From assembly GCA_963841735.1 (NCBI GenBank), contig CAWJDT010000001.1, forward strand, positions 288,001 through 352,000: a stretch of DNA of 64,000 nucleotides. The letters are read 5' to 3'. Below the pieces are notes generated by a model. That model had not been told where the DNA came from. It made no database searches and saw nothing but the letters and a program-made list of their open reading frames with translations. The position numbers and the translations under genes are program-made. This DNA is from an uncultured Actinomycetes bacterium. GTDB lineage: Bacteria > Actinomycetota > Thermoleophilia > RBG-16-64-13. Positions 22,761-32,899 of this stretch are shown one piece after another; within the stretch, counting starts at the first letter, position 1, and each line of letters begins with the position of its first letter.

Positions 22761-23986
22761 CTACGGGGCGACTGTGACCACGCCCGTGGCGGCCATGGGT
22801 GTTATGACAAGCTCGCCGTTATCCCCGGTGGCGAGAGCCAGTTCGTCCCATGTGACTTCCGGATAGTCCTCGCCATTCAGTATCTTGGTGACGAGAGCTG
22901 CCGTCTTGCCCGGGAGGTCCGCACCGCCGAAGGCGATGACACCCCTCAAAGCTCCTTCGCCCGGAGACTGCCGCCTTGACCAAGTCCCCCTCGGGTCCGA
23001 ACATGCCCACGCCAAAGACGGCGACCTTGCTCAGATCGGGGATGGCGCCGCCGCGCGCCCTTGGCAACCTCGTCCATGATGGCCGTCGAGGCACCGTTAC
23101 CACCATCGGACCCATAGGCGAGCACCAGTTTCACATTCGGGTTGGTGGTCAGGATGTTCTGCATGGCCGGTTGAGCGGCCAAAGACATCTCCGCGATCGG
23201 CGTCTGGACGATCTTCACCGCCGGACAGTAGACGGGGTTTGCCACCCGGTCCGCCTCGGTCTTGCCGGCCAGATACTTGCCGTCCTTGTCCGATATGGGC
23301 ACGCCGGCAGCATCGATGTAGGCGCCTTCCCAGTCTTTGAGGAAGGGTTCACTGATCATCAGAAGGCCGTTGGTCCGCTGGACGGCTTCAGTGTTGGTGG
23401 TCGACTCCAGCACGGCTGTTTCAATCGATCCCGCGGCGGCACCCGGATAGGTCGCTTCCACCCAGTTCTTCGCCATCAAAGCGCAATACTCTCCGGCCAG
23501 GAACTGGTCCAACTTCATGATGGCGTCGCGGCCGGACTCCCCGGGCTCGGTGCCCACCGTCATGACGATGACACCGGCCTCCCGAGCTGCCTCCAACTTG
23601 GGCAACAAGCTGGTGGCCTCCACGGCCATCACAAAGATGAACTTCGCGCCCATGGTGGTGTAGTTCTCCACCTGCGTGGCCTGCGTGTTCGGGTTGCCCT
23701 CGGCACTGGACACTTCGACATTGTAGGTCTCGCCGAAGTTGGCCTCAAACATGTCCTTGAGCGCCAACATCAAGGGGTTATCCAAAGCGGGCAGACACAC
23801 CCCGATGGTCTGCTTCTCGCCCGTGGTTGCCTGGGTCGTGGGCGCTCCCGTTGTCGGAGCACCTGTTGTCACAGCCCCCGTGGCCGGCGGCGCGGTGGTC
23901 GTAGTGTCGCCGCCGCCGCACGCGGCCAACGGCAAGACACATGCGATAGCCACCATCACCAGCAAGATCATGAACCGCCTCATCAT
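22761..23986 (-). CDS. Sugar-type ABC substrate-binding lipoprotein (frameshifts near 23055 and 22960)
   Basis: Lipobox LAAC, TTGAP-repeat linker and a periplasmic-binding-protein fold. The sequence continues across three frames to ...GVVTVAP*. Confidence 0.8.
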
Positions 23987-24072
23987 CCCTGCCCTCCTTT
24001 TGGAACTCAATGCGTCAGCACCCCATTCGCTTGGTTGCCGGCTCAAGACGGGCGTCCGTCCCAACCGCGTTG

Positions 24073-24129
24073 TAAGAATATCGATTCTGTTATGAAAGCG
24101 CAAGCTATAAGAATCACGATTCTTTTATG
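24073..24129. promoter_or_regulatory. Tandem palindromic operators (probable TetR sites)
   Basis: TAAGAATATCGATTCTGTTATG (24073-24094) and TAAGAATCACGATTCTTTTATG (24108-24129) are 19/22 identical. Each has an AGAAT-N4-ATTCT dyad and they lie between divergent genes. Confidence 0.75.
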
Positions 24130-24156
24130 GGCCATTCAATCGTCTATAATCATCGT

Positions 24157-24807
24157 ATGGAGCTAGAGCAAGCCACATTCCGACCCCCCCGCCGCAAACC
24201 TGGACACGCGTCTCTTGAGAAGATCTTGGCTGCGGCCGAGGACCAGCTTCGAGAGGAAGAGCTGGACTTCTTTACCATCCAAAGTGTGCTCGAGCGCACC
24301 GGACTGTCCGTCGGGGCCTTCTACGCCCGCTTCCCCGGCAAGGCCGCGCTACTACAGACGGTGCAGGACCGCCTGCATTCCCGCATGCAACCGGTCATTC
24401 TTGCCGCCTTGGAGGCTCAGGCACAAGTTGAAGAGTCGCTTGAGGAGGCGGTCGACCACGGCTTCGGCATCCTCGTCGAGCACATCCTCGCCGAACGCCA
24501 GCTGTCGCGGGCTTTCATGATGCTATCGGCCTTCGATCCCGTGATGCGCCAGAAAGGTGAGCAGGTCAACCTGGAGCGGAGGAGTGCCCTCGCCACGGTT
24601 CTAGCCGCCCATCGGGACGAGATCGGTCAGCCGGCTCCGGACGCGGCCATCGAGATGGCATACGTCACATACATATCGGTGATGCATGGCCGGCTGGTGT
24701 TCTTCAGCCCATCGAGCGTGCTGCGCTTCGGCGTGACCGACGAGCAGGTGTTCGGTCAACTCAAGGCGTCTTTGGCTGCCTTCCTGCGAGGCAGCGCCAC
24801 TCTCTAG
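24157..24807 (+). CDS. TetR/AcrR-family regulator
   Basis: [27 protein letters not shown]; TATAAT ends 6 nt before the ATG. Confidence 0.9.
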   Translation: MELEQATFRPPRRKPGHASLEKILAAAEDQLREEELDFFTIQSVLERTGLSVGAFYARFPGKAALLQTVQDRLHSRMQPVILAALEAQAQVEESLEEAVDHGFGILVEHILAERQLSRAFMMLSAFDPVMRQKGEQVNLERRSALATVLAAHRDEIGQPAPDAAIEMAYVTYISVMHGRLVFFSPSSVLRFGVTDEQVFGQLKASLAAFLRGSATL

Positions 24808-25745
24808 CGCTCGCCCGGAGTCTCTCGGCGCTTGGGCGACTTGGCCAACAGCTGCTCCACCAGGCCGTCTATCGCCTGCCAATCCTTTGTCAGATCGACC
24901 CGGCCGTCGTAGGCGGCGCGCACGGCCAAGAACATGGCAAGCAGGTTGCGCATGATATCGGCTCTCGTGTACTTGTTGTCCCAGGAGGCCCGCATCTCCA
25001 TGCTTTCGAGCACCCCGATGAACCCAAACGCCACCAACTCGTCGTCGAAGAGCCCGACATTCGCGCCGGGCTTCCGGTCCGCGGCCAGTTCGTCCGCCGC
25101 GCCCCGCAGCATCCTTTCGTAGACTCCCCGCACCAAAGGACGGAGCGCGCTCTCCGGGTGGAACGCCTCTACCCGAGCCATGGCCTGCAGATCGGGGCTG
25201 AAGGCCTGGATGCCGTTTCCCCCGTAGAGCCGCCAAGCCATGCGAGCGGCGGAATCACGCGTATGTTGGACGGCCTCCCAGACTTCGGCGCTCATGTACT
25301 CGTAGTAGACCTCCCAGCAGGCGATGAACAGATGCCTCTTGCTGGGGAAATGGGCGTAGAGCAACTGGGCGGTAATGCCTACATCCTTGCAGATGTCACC
25401 CACGCGGGTCTTCTCATATCCGTGTTCAGCGAAACGGGCGGCCGCCGCGTGCAGGATGGCGCTGCGCATGGCCTCGCTCTGCCTAGCCACGAGATCCACG
25501 TCGTTCTCAGACGCTTTCTCGATACGCGTCGCGAGTTGCGAACGGATCTCCTTCAGGCTCAGTCCTTGAGCTTTGAGGTTGGTGATAGCGAGCAACAGAT
25601 CGATGTGAGACTGGTCGTAGACCGCGCGGGTGGCGCTGGCCTTCTGCGCAGACGGCAGCAAGCCATCGCTGATGTAGTAGTAGATAGTGCTACGACCTAC
25701 TCCGGTCTCCTGCTCCAATTCCGATATGCTGAGCGCCCTCATCAT
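24804..25745 (-). CDS. MerR-HTH/TetR hybrid regulator (paralog 1)
   Basis: [26 protein letters not shown] (MerR HTH), followed by [32 protein letters not shown] (TetR HTH). Confidence 0.88.
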   Translation of the reverse strand: MMRALSISELEQETGVGRSTIYYYISDGLLPSAQKASATRAVYDQSHIDLLLAITNLKAQGLSLKEIRSQLATRIEKASENDVDLVARQSEAMRSAILHAAAARFAEHGYEKTRVGDICKDVGITAQLLYAHFPSKRHLFIACWEVYYEYMSAEVWEAVQHTRDSAARMAWRLYGGNGIQAFSPDLQAMARVEAFHPESALRPLVRGVYERMLRGAADELAADRKPGANVGLFDDELVAFGFIGVLESMEMRASWDNKYTRADIMRNLLAMFLAVRAAYDGRVDLTKDWQAIDGLVEQLLAKSPKRRETPGER

Positions 25746-25766
25746 CAGTAGGTCACATCGTCCTGC

Positions 25767-26600
25767 TCATCGCGTCGTGATGTAGCCCCGCCATTGCTGC
25801 AGGTGATCGGACTCGGGCCGGTCGAGGATAAAGACCCCCACAAAGTCCTTGAAGGGCTCGAAGAAGGGGAGCTTGTCCCACTTGGCCCAAGCCGGTTTGC
25901 TGTACTGTCCGGCCTTCTCGACGAAGGCCTTGCGCCAACCTTCGGAGTCGTCGAACCAGATCTCCACTATGCGCTGAAAAGGGTTGATGCGCGGATCGTC
26001 CAACTGGCGGCTGGAGATAAATCGGTTTACCTCGGGCTGAGCCGCCACCTCCGGCGCGAACACCTCCTTGAACCAGGTGTCACCCTCGTCGACGGAGATC
26101 TCGTCCGGGTACTTCAGCAAGAAGAGCCAGCGGAAGTTGGCACCCGCGTCGGTGAGTCGCCCTTCTCCCTTGAAATCGTCTTCCCAGAACACCGGCGCGA
26201 AGGAAAACACGACGGGACGATAGCCGTCCCGGCTCCCCTGCCAACCGGACTGTCGCAACACCTTGCTGGGCGGCTGGCAGGTCATCTCCATGAAATCGTC
26301 GGGATACTCCTCGCCAAAGGCGAGGCCGGCGGGCATGCCGGTCCCCTTGCTCTGAAAGATGTTGAAGAGCCAGTAATGCTCGGTCATCATGCCGTTGTAA
26401 GTGCCGAAATCGAGCGCGCCTTCAGGCAGGGGCAGCGCATGGTAGGTGCAGTACTTGGTGCAGTAAGGCATGAACTGCGAGATGCTCTCGGGCACGTGTT
26501 GCTTGTACAGCCAGCGCCAGATCTTGGGCCGGTCGTTGTCGGAGCGGAAGTTCTGAAGGATGAAGCTCCGCATAGGCTTGAATTCAGGAAAATAAGCCAT
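25767..26600 (-). CDS. chi: Bacterial chalcone isomerase-like protein (E. ramulus CHI family, two ferredoxin-like domains)
   Basis: Colinear with the recalled E. ramulus CHI: F.PMRS, RPK..RW.YK.H.P.SISQF.PY.TKY, TEH.W, W..D.KG.GR...GAN.R, EIWF, KP.WA and RGYIT.R at the C-terminus. Confidence 0.85.
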   Translation of the reverse strand: MAYFPEFKPMRSFILQNFRSDNDRPKIWRWLYKQHVPESISQFMPYCTKYCTYHALPLPEGALDFGTYNGMMTEHYWLFNIFQSKGTGMPAGLAFGEEYPDDFMEMTCQPPSKVLRQSGWQGSRDGYRPVVFSFAPVFWEDDFKGEGRLTDAGANFRWLFLLKYPDEISVDEGDTWFKEVFAPEVAAQPEVNRFISSRQLDDPRINPFQRIVEIWFDDSEGWRKAFVEKAGQYSKPAWAKWDKLPFFEPFKDFVGVFILDRPESDHLQQWRGYITTR

Positions 26601-26610
26601 GACGCCTCTC

Positions 26611-27600
26611 CTATTCGTCTCCCTCGACCGCGACCTGCGCACGCGGCGGCTTGGTGGCCTTCAGGTACTCCTTGTACTTTGCCGTCTTCGCAGGAAGGTC
26701 GCCCATGTTGGCCGGCGGCTTGAGCGAGACGTTGGCCAGCTCCTCCAAGTGCATGAACTTGCCCGAGAGGAGCACGTGCGAGTGCGGCCGCTCCTCGTCG
26801 GTGACCGTGAATGTCACCTGGCCGCCGTCGGTGCTGAGCGTGCCCCGCACGCCACAGATGCCGCAGACTGTGGGGTACGGCTCAGCGGCGTTCCGAATCT
26901 CGAACAGCTTTGAATGACACATGGGGCACAGGCCGGGGTCGCCGATGTACTCGGCCTGGTCGAGGGGTTTCATGAGACTCTCGGCCACATGGCGGCCCGA
27001 CTTGCGGGCCCGCTCCAGCAGGTCGTCACGCAGGGCGACGACCTTGGGCAGCGCCACCCAGTTGACCAGGTATTTGTCGACCACCTCGAATTGCATGGAG
27101 AGGGTGAAAAGGTGCATCAACGGCAGAGCGAGGGTGTCCCACTCGCTGCCACCCACGGCGATCAGCGAAGCAGCCCTAGGCTTGAAGGCCCGCTGGTCGG
27201 GTCCCTCACCGGTGGTGATGCCACGCTCGGCCCGCATCTTGGTGGCCGCCATACGGAAGGCCTGGTCGTGCGACGGGCCCATGCGGTCGTTAAGAGTCTT
27301 GAGAAGCCCGGGCGGGGACTTCTCGTAGATGGGCGCGCCCAGAATGAGGCCGTCACAGTCCATGATCTTGTCGTCGATGAAGGGGAAGTCATCGTTCTTG
27401 AGAATGCACCGCCCCGGGCCGCACCGCTCAAAGAGGTCTTCCACGCACGAATTGCACCCGGTGCAGGGCTTGATATGGAGGTCCTGGAGCCGGATCAACT
27501 CGACCTCAGCGCCGGCCTCCTCGGCCCCCATGAGGGCTTCTTTGACCATGATCTCGGTGTTGCTTGCGCGCCTTCCGCAGGATAGGCCGAGGACTTTCAT
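26611..27600 (-). CDS. flr: Flavodoxin-like FMN ene-reductase, flavone/flavonol reductase (FLR)-like
   Basis: MKVLGLS, EALMGA..GAEVE, CTGCNSC, PIYEK, DRMGP, VGGSEW, CPMCHS, CGICG and LSGKFMH all match the recalled Flavonifractor plautii FLR layout. Adjacent to chi. Confidence 0.78.
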   Translation of the reverse strand: MKVLGLSCGRRASNTEIMVKEALMGAEEAGAEVELIRLQDLHIKPCTGCNSCVEDLFERCGPGRCILKNDDFPFIDDKIMDCDGLILGAPIYEKSPPGLLKTLNDRMGPSHDQAFRMAATKMRAERGITTGEGPDQRAFKPRAASLIAVGGSEWDTLALPLMHLFTLSMQFEVVDKYLVNWVALPKVVALRDDLLERARKSGRHVAESLMKPLDQAEYIGDPGLCPMCHSKLFEIRNAAEPYPTVCGICGVRGTLSTDGGQVTFTVTDEERPHSHVLLSGKFMHLEELANVSLKPPANMGDLPAKTAKYKEYLKATKPPRAQVAVEGDE

Positions 27601-27685
27601 TCTTCTGCTCCCTTGCTGTGCTTTGCTGCGCCGGTGGGCCGTTCGCCGGCATTCAGCCCGGCGAACGACCCCCAAGCTGACTTCT

Positions 27686-28912
27686 CTAGTTAAGCGTCCG
27701 CACGAACTCGAACGCGCCGGCTTTGATCTGGTACTCGACCAAGAATCCCTTTACGCCTTCGGTGGTGTCCTCGGGCATGTAGTTCTGCAGACCCTCGAGG
27801 GTCTGGACATCCCTCAGATTGACCAGTGCCTCACGCACCGCTTCCTTGTCATCCGCACCACCGGCCTGCTTCATGGCCGCCTCCAGAACGATGAAGTAGT
27901 CGGCACCCATGGCCGCGAAGAAGTCCGGCGCAAAGCCGTAGTTCGCAACGTAGCGGTCATAGAAGTCCACCTGGAAAGCTTTGGTCGGCCAAGTGTCGGG
28001 CAGGGCCTGCGGATTCACCATGCCGCCGGAATCCAGAACATAGAGACCCTCCACCGCTTCCGCACCCCTAGACATGACCGCCGGGTGAGCCGCGGCCGGC
28101 GAGCCATGTACGGGCACCGTCACTCCCAGAGTCCGCAGACCTTGGTATAGCGCCGGCTGCGCCAAGGGGTTGGACAGCGTGAAGATGGCGTCCGGCTTGA
28201 CCGAGTTGTACGCCTCCATGATCTTGTTCAAGATCGCCTGGGGATCGGGTAGGCTGAGACCGAAGGTGTCCGGCAGAACCGTGAGGGTGAACCCCTCGGT
28301 CGCCGCCAGCTCAACCAGCTTGGTTAGGGTCTCTTGGTGGATCGACAGGGTGTCGGCGATGGCCACTATGTTCTTGTACCCATGGGCCTTGATCAGCTTG
28401 GCGAAGGCATCCGCCTGAGTCACGGGGCCCGCGCCCATCATAACGCTCCACTTGTACGGAGTCGCCGCCTCAATCTGCTCGAGACTCGGGGGTCCCGCTC
28501 CTATCATGGGCATCTCGGCATCTTCGCAGATAGCCCGAGCCGCTTCCTGGCCAAACCCGATGAACGGGCCCACGAAATACTCGATGCCATCCTGCTCAAT
28601 CAGCTTGTTCATGGCCGCGGTCATCGAGGTCACCTCAGACTTGTCGTCTTCGATGAGGAGTTCGATCAGCCGGCCGTTGATCCCGCCGTTTTCATTGATC
28701 CATTTCACCTGATACTCGGCGCCATTCTTGATAGAGACGCCAGGAGCCGCGCTGGCTCCGGTGAGGCTGGTGACCATGCCGATCTTGATCGGCTCGTTGG
28801 AAGCAGCCCCGGTGTCACTCGTGGTGACTTCACCGCCGCCGCAGGCCATCGCCATCAAGGTGACCACCAACAACACTGCCAAGAGACCTGCAAGCATGAA
28901 CCGCTTTCTCAT
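27686..28912 (-). CDS. LIV-type (Peripla_BP_6) ABC substrate-binding lipoprotein
   Basis: Lipobox AMAC, IKIG..SLTG and INENGGINGRLIELLIEDD motifs. Confidence 0.9.
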   Translation of the reverse strand: MRKRFMLAGLLAVLLVVTLMAMACGGGEVTTSDTGAASNEPIKIGMVTSLTGASAAPGVSIKNGAEYQVKWINENGGINGRLIELLIEDDKSEVTSMTAAMNKLIEQDGIEYFVGPFIGFGQEAARAICEDAEMPMIGAGPPSLEQIEAATPYKWSVMMGAGPVTQADAFAKLIKAHGYKNIVAIADTLSIHQETLTKLVELAATEGFTLTVLPDTFGLSLPDPQAILNKIMEAYNSVKPDAIFTLSNPLAQPALYQGLRTLGVTVPVHGSPAAAHPAVMSRGAEAVEGLYVLDSGGMVNPQALPDTWPTKAFQVDFYDRYVANYGFAPDFFAAMGADYFIVLEAAMKQAGGADDKEAVREALVNLRDVQTLEGLQNYMPEDTTEGVKGFLVEYQIKAGAFEFVRTLN

Positions 28913-28987
28913 CGTTCCTCCTCTTCTTCCCCTGGTGTGAGACGCTTCCATTTTGCCCTATCCGTGCCTGATGCCTGAGAGCGTGCG

Positions 28988-31747
28988 CTAGCCCCGGCTG
29001 GAACCGAGGTAGCCTGCGCGCACGCGATCATCCGTCTTCAGGTCCCGCGACAACCCGGCAACGACCACGCTGCCGGTCTGCAGAACAACCCCACGGTGAG
29101 CCAGCGAGAGCGCCATCTCCGCGCCCTGCTCCACCATCAACATGGTCAAACCCTGTTTGTTCAGCTCAGCCAGCGCCTCAAAAATGCGCTCTACCACCAG
29201 GGGAGCGAGGCCCATCGAGGGCTCGTCCAACACCAGCAAATCGGGCTTGCCCACCAGCGCCCGGCCGATGGCCAGCATCTGCCGCTCGCCTCCCGAGAGG
29301 GTACCCGCCGCCTGCCTACGCCGTTCTCCCAGCACCGGGAAGAGCTCGTAGACGTAGGCGATGTCGTCGGCCAGCGTGTCCCGCCAATCGCGTCGCCCGG
29401 AACTACCCACCACCAGGTTGTCCTCCACCGAAAGGTCGCGGAACAAGCGGCGCCCCTCAGGTACCTGGCGAAGCCCACGAGCCGCGATCTTCTCCGGAGC
29501 CAGCCGGGTGATGTCGGAATCCTTGTAGGTAACCAAGCCCCGGTTTGGCTTCAGCAATCCCGAAACCGTGTGAAGCAGCGTGGTCTTGCCCGCCCCATTC
29601 GCCCCCAGTATGGCCACTACCTCGCCCTTGGGCACCACGAAGGACACCCCATGCAATGCCTCTATCGAGCCGTAGGAGGTAGCGAGGTCCTCGATCACCA
29701 GAAGGTTCTCGGGCTCGGCACAGGTTCCGGCGGCAAGATCCCGGGTCTGGCAGAGATCCTGGCCCTGGTCGAGTTTCACTCCCAAGTAGGCCTCGATGAC
29801 CGCGGGATCCTTCTGCACGGACTCGGGCCTCCCCTCACAGATGAGGCGGCCGTAGTCGAGCACGAACACATAGTCCGAAATATCCATGACCAACTCGATG
29901 TCGTGTTCCACCAAGAGCACCGTGATCCCCGACTCCCGGATGCGGCCTATCTGCTCGACCAAATGCGCGCGCTCCGAAGCGTTCATGCCGGCCGCGGGCT
30001 CATCCAGCAACAGCAGGCGCGGTTCAGAGGCCAGCGCCCGAGCGATCTCCACCAAGCGCTGCGAGCCGTAGGGAAGGCCGGCGGCAGGAGCAGATGCCGT
30101 TGCCTCCAGCCCCACCATGGCCAAGGCCTGCATGGCTCGCTCGCGGGACGCCCGTTCCTCTCTTCTCTGATGTGGAAGGCCCAGACCTCCAGCCCAAAGT
30201 CCCGTCTTTTCGTGGCGATGACAACCCACGAGGACGTTCTCGAGAACGCTCATGTTGGGATATATGCGAAGGTTCTGGAAGGTGCGGGCCATGCCCAAGC
30301 GCGCCGTGTTGGCAGTGGACATTTTGGTCACGTCCTTGCCGGCGAACCGAATGGTGCCCGCGGACATCTTCTGCAACCGGCTGATTGCGTTGAAGAACGT
30401 AGTCTTGCCCGCGCCGTTAGGGCCTATCAGCGCCACGATCTGCCCCTCCGTCACCTGCAGTGAGACCTGATCCACCGCCTTCAAGCCACCGAAGTGCACC
30501 GAGACCCCCTCGACCTCCAGAAGCGAACCGACCGCGGCCCCCTCTGAGGCCGCCCGGTCGCCCACAGCCCGAGCGAGCGACGAAACGAGGACTTCTGCCT
30601 CAGCGACCGTCAAGGCGGCCGTGCCCGCGGCGGCGCCAACCACCTGCGGAAGTCCTACTGATGTTTCGCACTGCCCGAGCGGCTGGTCCTCCTCGGCCGC
30701 CGCCGAGCACTGCAACGACTCGCGCAGCTTCTCTTTCCGGAAGAGCGCCTTGAGACACGCCCGCTGGTCGGGTCGCAACAGCAGACCGGCGGGCAAGAAC
30801 ATGAGCAGCAACACCATGATGACTGAGTACAACACTCCGCTGTACTGCCCGATGCCTGGGACCTTGGTCGGTAGCCAGTCTTTGATATAGATCATGATGA
30901 CGGCCCCGATGACGGCGCCCCAAACCGACCCAGCCCCACCTATGAGCATCATGACGATGGGGAGAATGGCCAATGAGAAAGTGAAGTCCAAGGGACTGAA
31001 GGCTCCGTTCACAAAAGCAAACAGACCGCCGGCCATCCCGCAGATCACGGCGCTGGTCACAAAGCCGAGGAGCTTCCAGTTGGCCGTGCGCATCCCCAGC
31101 GACGACGAGGCGATCTCGCTGGTGGCAATGGCCCGGAAAGCCCGGCCCATACGGTACTTGAGCGCACGGGAGACAAAGATGAGCACGATGATCACGATGA
31201 CCCAGACCAAGTAGTACTTGCTCATGGCGCCCGCGAACTCAAACCCGAAGAGGCTGAGCTTGGGCACCGGCGCGACTCCCTTTTCGCCGCCGGTGATCGA
31301 GCGCATGGTGACGTTCACAAGGGTCAGAAATATCTGACCGAGTCCAATCGTGGCCAAGGCCAAGTAAAAGTAGCGCAGCTTGAGCACCGGCCGGCCGACG
31401 ATGAGAGCGACAATTCCGGCGGCCAACGCCCCGAGGATGAGACAGGCTATGGTCGGCATGTGGAGTTTCATCGCCATGAGCCCGGTCATATAGGCGCCTA
31501 TGCCGTAGAAGGCGGAGTGGCCGAAGGAGAGCTGCCCCGCTTGGCCCAGCACTATGACCACCCCGATGGTAAGAAGCGCGTACAGGCCGGCCGTCCTCAT
31601 GTACCCCATGTGGACCTTGTTGCCAAACACAAGTGGCCAGACCAACAAGGCGACTACCATGAGCACCTTGAGGATGGTGCCCCCGTGCCTGCTCCAGTAC
31701 GTTCTGAAGGCCGGGGCGCCATTCTTTAGCAGCCTGCCGGCCATCAT
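28988..31747 (-). CDS. Fused LivM permease + LivG + LivF ATPases
   Basis: GQLSFGH permease followed by two NBDs (GPNGAGKTT/LPYG/DEPAAG and GANGAGKTT/LSGGE/DEPSMG) in one 919-aa frame. Confidence 0.92.
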   Translation of the reverse strand: MMAGRLLKNGAPAFRTYWSRHGGTILKVLMVVALLVWPLVFGNKVHMGYMRTAGLYALLTIGVVIVLGQAGQLSFGHSAFYGIGAYMTGLMAMKLHMPTIACLILGALAAGIVALIVGRPVLKLRYFYLALATIGLGQIFLTLVNVTMRSITGGEKGVAPVPKLSLFGFEFAGAMSKYYLVWVIVIIVLIFVSRALKYRMGRAFRAIATSEIASSSLGMRTANWKLLGFVTSAVICGMAGGLFAFVNGAFSPLDFTFSLAILPIVMMLIGGAGSVWGAVIGAVIMIYIKDWLPTKVPGIGQYSGVLYSVIMVLLLMFLPAGLLLRPDQRACLKALFRKEKLRESLQCSAAAEEDQPLGQCETSVGLPQVVGAAAGTAALTVAEAEVLVSSLARAVGDRAASEGAAVGSLLEVEGVSVHFGGLKAVDQVSLQVTEGQIVALIGPNGAGKTTFFNAISRLQKMSAGTIRFAGKDVTKMSTANTARLGMARTFQNLRIYPNMSVLENVLVGCHRHEKTGLWAGGLGLPHQRREERASRERAMQALAMVGLEATASAPAAGLPYGSQRLVEIARALASEPRLLLLDEPAAGMNASERAHLVEQIGRIRESGITVLLVEHDIELVMDISDYVFVLDYGRLICEGRPESVQKDPAVIEAYLGVKLDQGQDLCQTRDLAAGTCAEPENLLVIEDLATSYGSIEALHGVSFVVPKGEVVAILGANGAGKTTLLHTVSGLLKPNRGLVTYKDSDITRLAPEKIAARGLRQVPEGRRLFRDLSVEDNLVVGSSGRRDWRDTLADDIAYVYELFPVLGERRRQAAGTLSGGERQMLAIGRALVGKPDLLVLDEPSMGLAPLVVERIFEALAELNKQGLTMLMVEQGAEMALSLAHRGVVLQTGSVVVAGLSRDLKTDDRVRAGYLGSSRG

Positions 31748-32622
31748 TCCTCGCCCTCGTTGGAGGGGATCCCGAGCAGCCCAGTGGGCCGGAAGTACAA
31801 GAACAGAATGAGAATGGCGTAGGCGATAGCGTCCTCGTTACCCGCGGGCACGAAACCCAGCGACAGGTTCTGGATGATGCCCAACGCGAGACCGCCAACC
31901 ACCGCACCGCTGCTGGAGCCCCAGCCACCCAGAATGGCAGCCACAAAACCGCTCAAGGCAAACATGCCACCCGACATGTACGTGGTCTGGCTGATGGGGT
32001 TGACGGCGATGCCCCCCAGAGCTCCGATGGCGGCCGATATAGCAAAGGCCAGAAGGATCATGCGCCCGGTATTGATTCCCGACAGACTGGCCGCGCCCGG
32101 GTCGGAGGCGGTGGCCGACATCTGCTTGCCGATGCGGGTGTAACTGGTGAGAAGATGCAGGGCCACCAGCACAACGATCATCAGCCCGATTACCCACAGG
32201 CTCTGCCTCGATACGTTCACCCCGCCAATGCGGATGACCTGCTCGCCGGTGAAGTACGGGATGCTCTTGCCGTAGCCCCCCCAGCGCAACAGACTGAAGT
32301 TCTCGAACAGGATGCTGAGCGCCAAGGTGGCCAGGATTATGGACACCAGCGAGATCTTGAGAAGAGGCTTGAGCACCAGCACATACATGATCAGACTCAA
32401 GATGACCACGCAGATGATGCCCAGGATGGTGGAAAGCCAATACGGGAGGCCCAGTTCGACCAGGAACGAAAAGGTGAAGAACGCCCCGAACATAACGAAG
32501 GCCCCTTGGGCCATGTTGACGATACGCGAAGTGCGATAGATGGTGACGTACCCAAGGGCTATGAGGGAGTAGATACTCCCCATGGTTATGCCGGTCACCA
32601 GTAGCTGGATCCACTTGACCAC
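31744..32622 (-). CDS. LivH-type ABC permease
   Basis: GSIYSLIALG, NMAQG and AAILGGWGS motifs. Confidence 0.92.
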   Translation of the reverse strand: MVKWIQLLVTGITMGSIYSLIALGYVTIYRTSRIVNMAQGAFVMFGAFFTFSFLVELGLPYWLSTILGIICVVILSLIMYVLVLKPLLKISLVSIILATLALSILFENFSLLRWGGYGKSIPYFTGEQVIRIGGVNVSRQSLWVIGLMIVVLVALHLLTSYTRIGKQMSATASDPGAASLSGINTGRMILLAFAISAAIGALGGIAVNPISQTTYMSGGMFALSGFVAAILGGWGSSSGAVVGGLALGIIQNLSLGFVPAGNEDAIAYAILILFLYFRPTGLLGIPSNEGEE

Positions 32623-32684
32623 AAGCACCTCGCGCAAAAGAGACGACGAAGCAGCCCGACCATCGACTGGCGGGTCGGCACATT

Positions 32685-32713
32685 ATGCTAGAGCCCGCGC
32701 GCGCTCTTGTCAA
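32685..32713 (-). promoter_or_regulatory. Sigma70-type promoter of the livH-flr-chi operon
   Basis: TTGACA-17 nt-TAGCAT on the minus strand. Confidence 0.7.
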
Positions 32714-32899
32714 GTATTTCCATCAGCGTTATGTATTGTCATGTCGTATTGCGCTCCGCCGATGCTCGGCCGCCCGGTGCGATTGCGGTGTATCTTGGCG
32801 GGAAGCGCCACCGAGGGCCGTTCACGGACAGCGGGAAGATGCTCCGGCCAGGTGATGTGGGAGCGCCGCGGGCCACACCGTCCAACGTATGGAGGTCAG

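Noticed and set aside
23820-23915. Short repeated units in the SBP gene
   Set aside because: Degenerate codons for a TTGAP peptide linker, similar to the other lipoprotein stalks here.
25767-26600. Generic label (hypothetical, EthD-like or 'acetyl-CoA hydrolase') for this ORF
   Set aside because: It has no CoA-transferase motifs, and the end-to-end match to bacterial CHI plus the flr neighbour explains it better.
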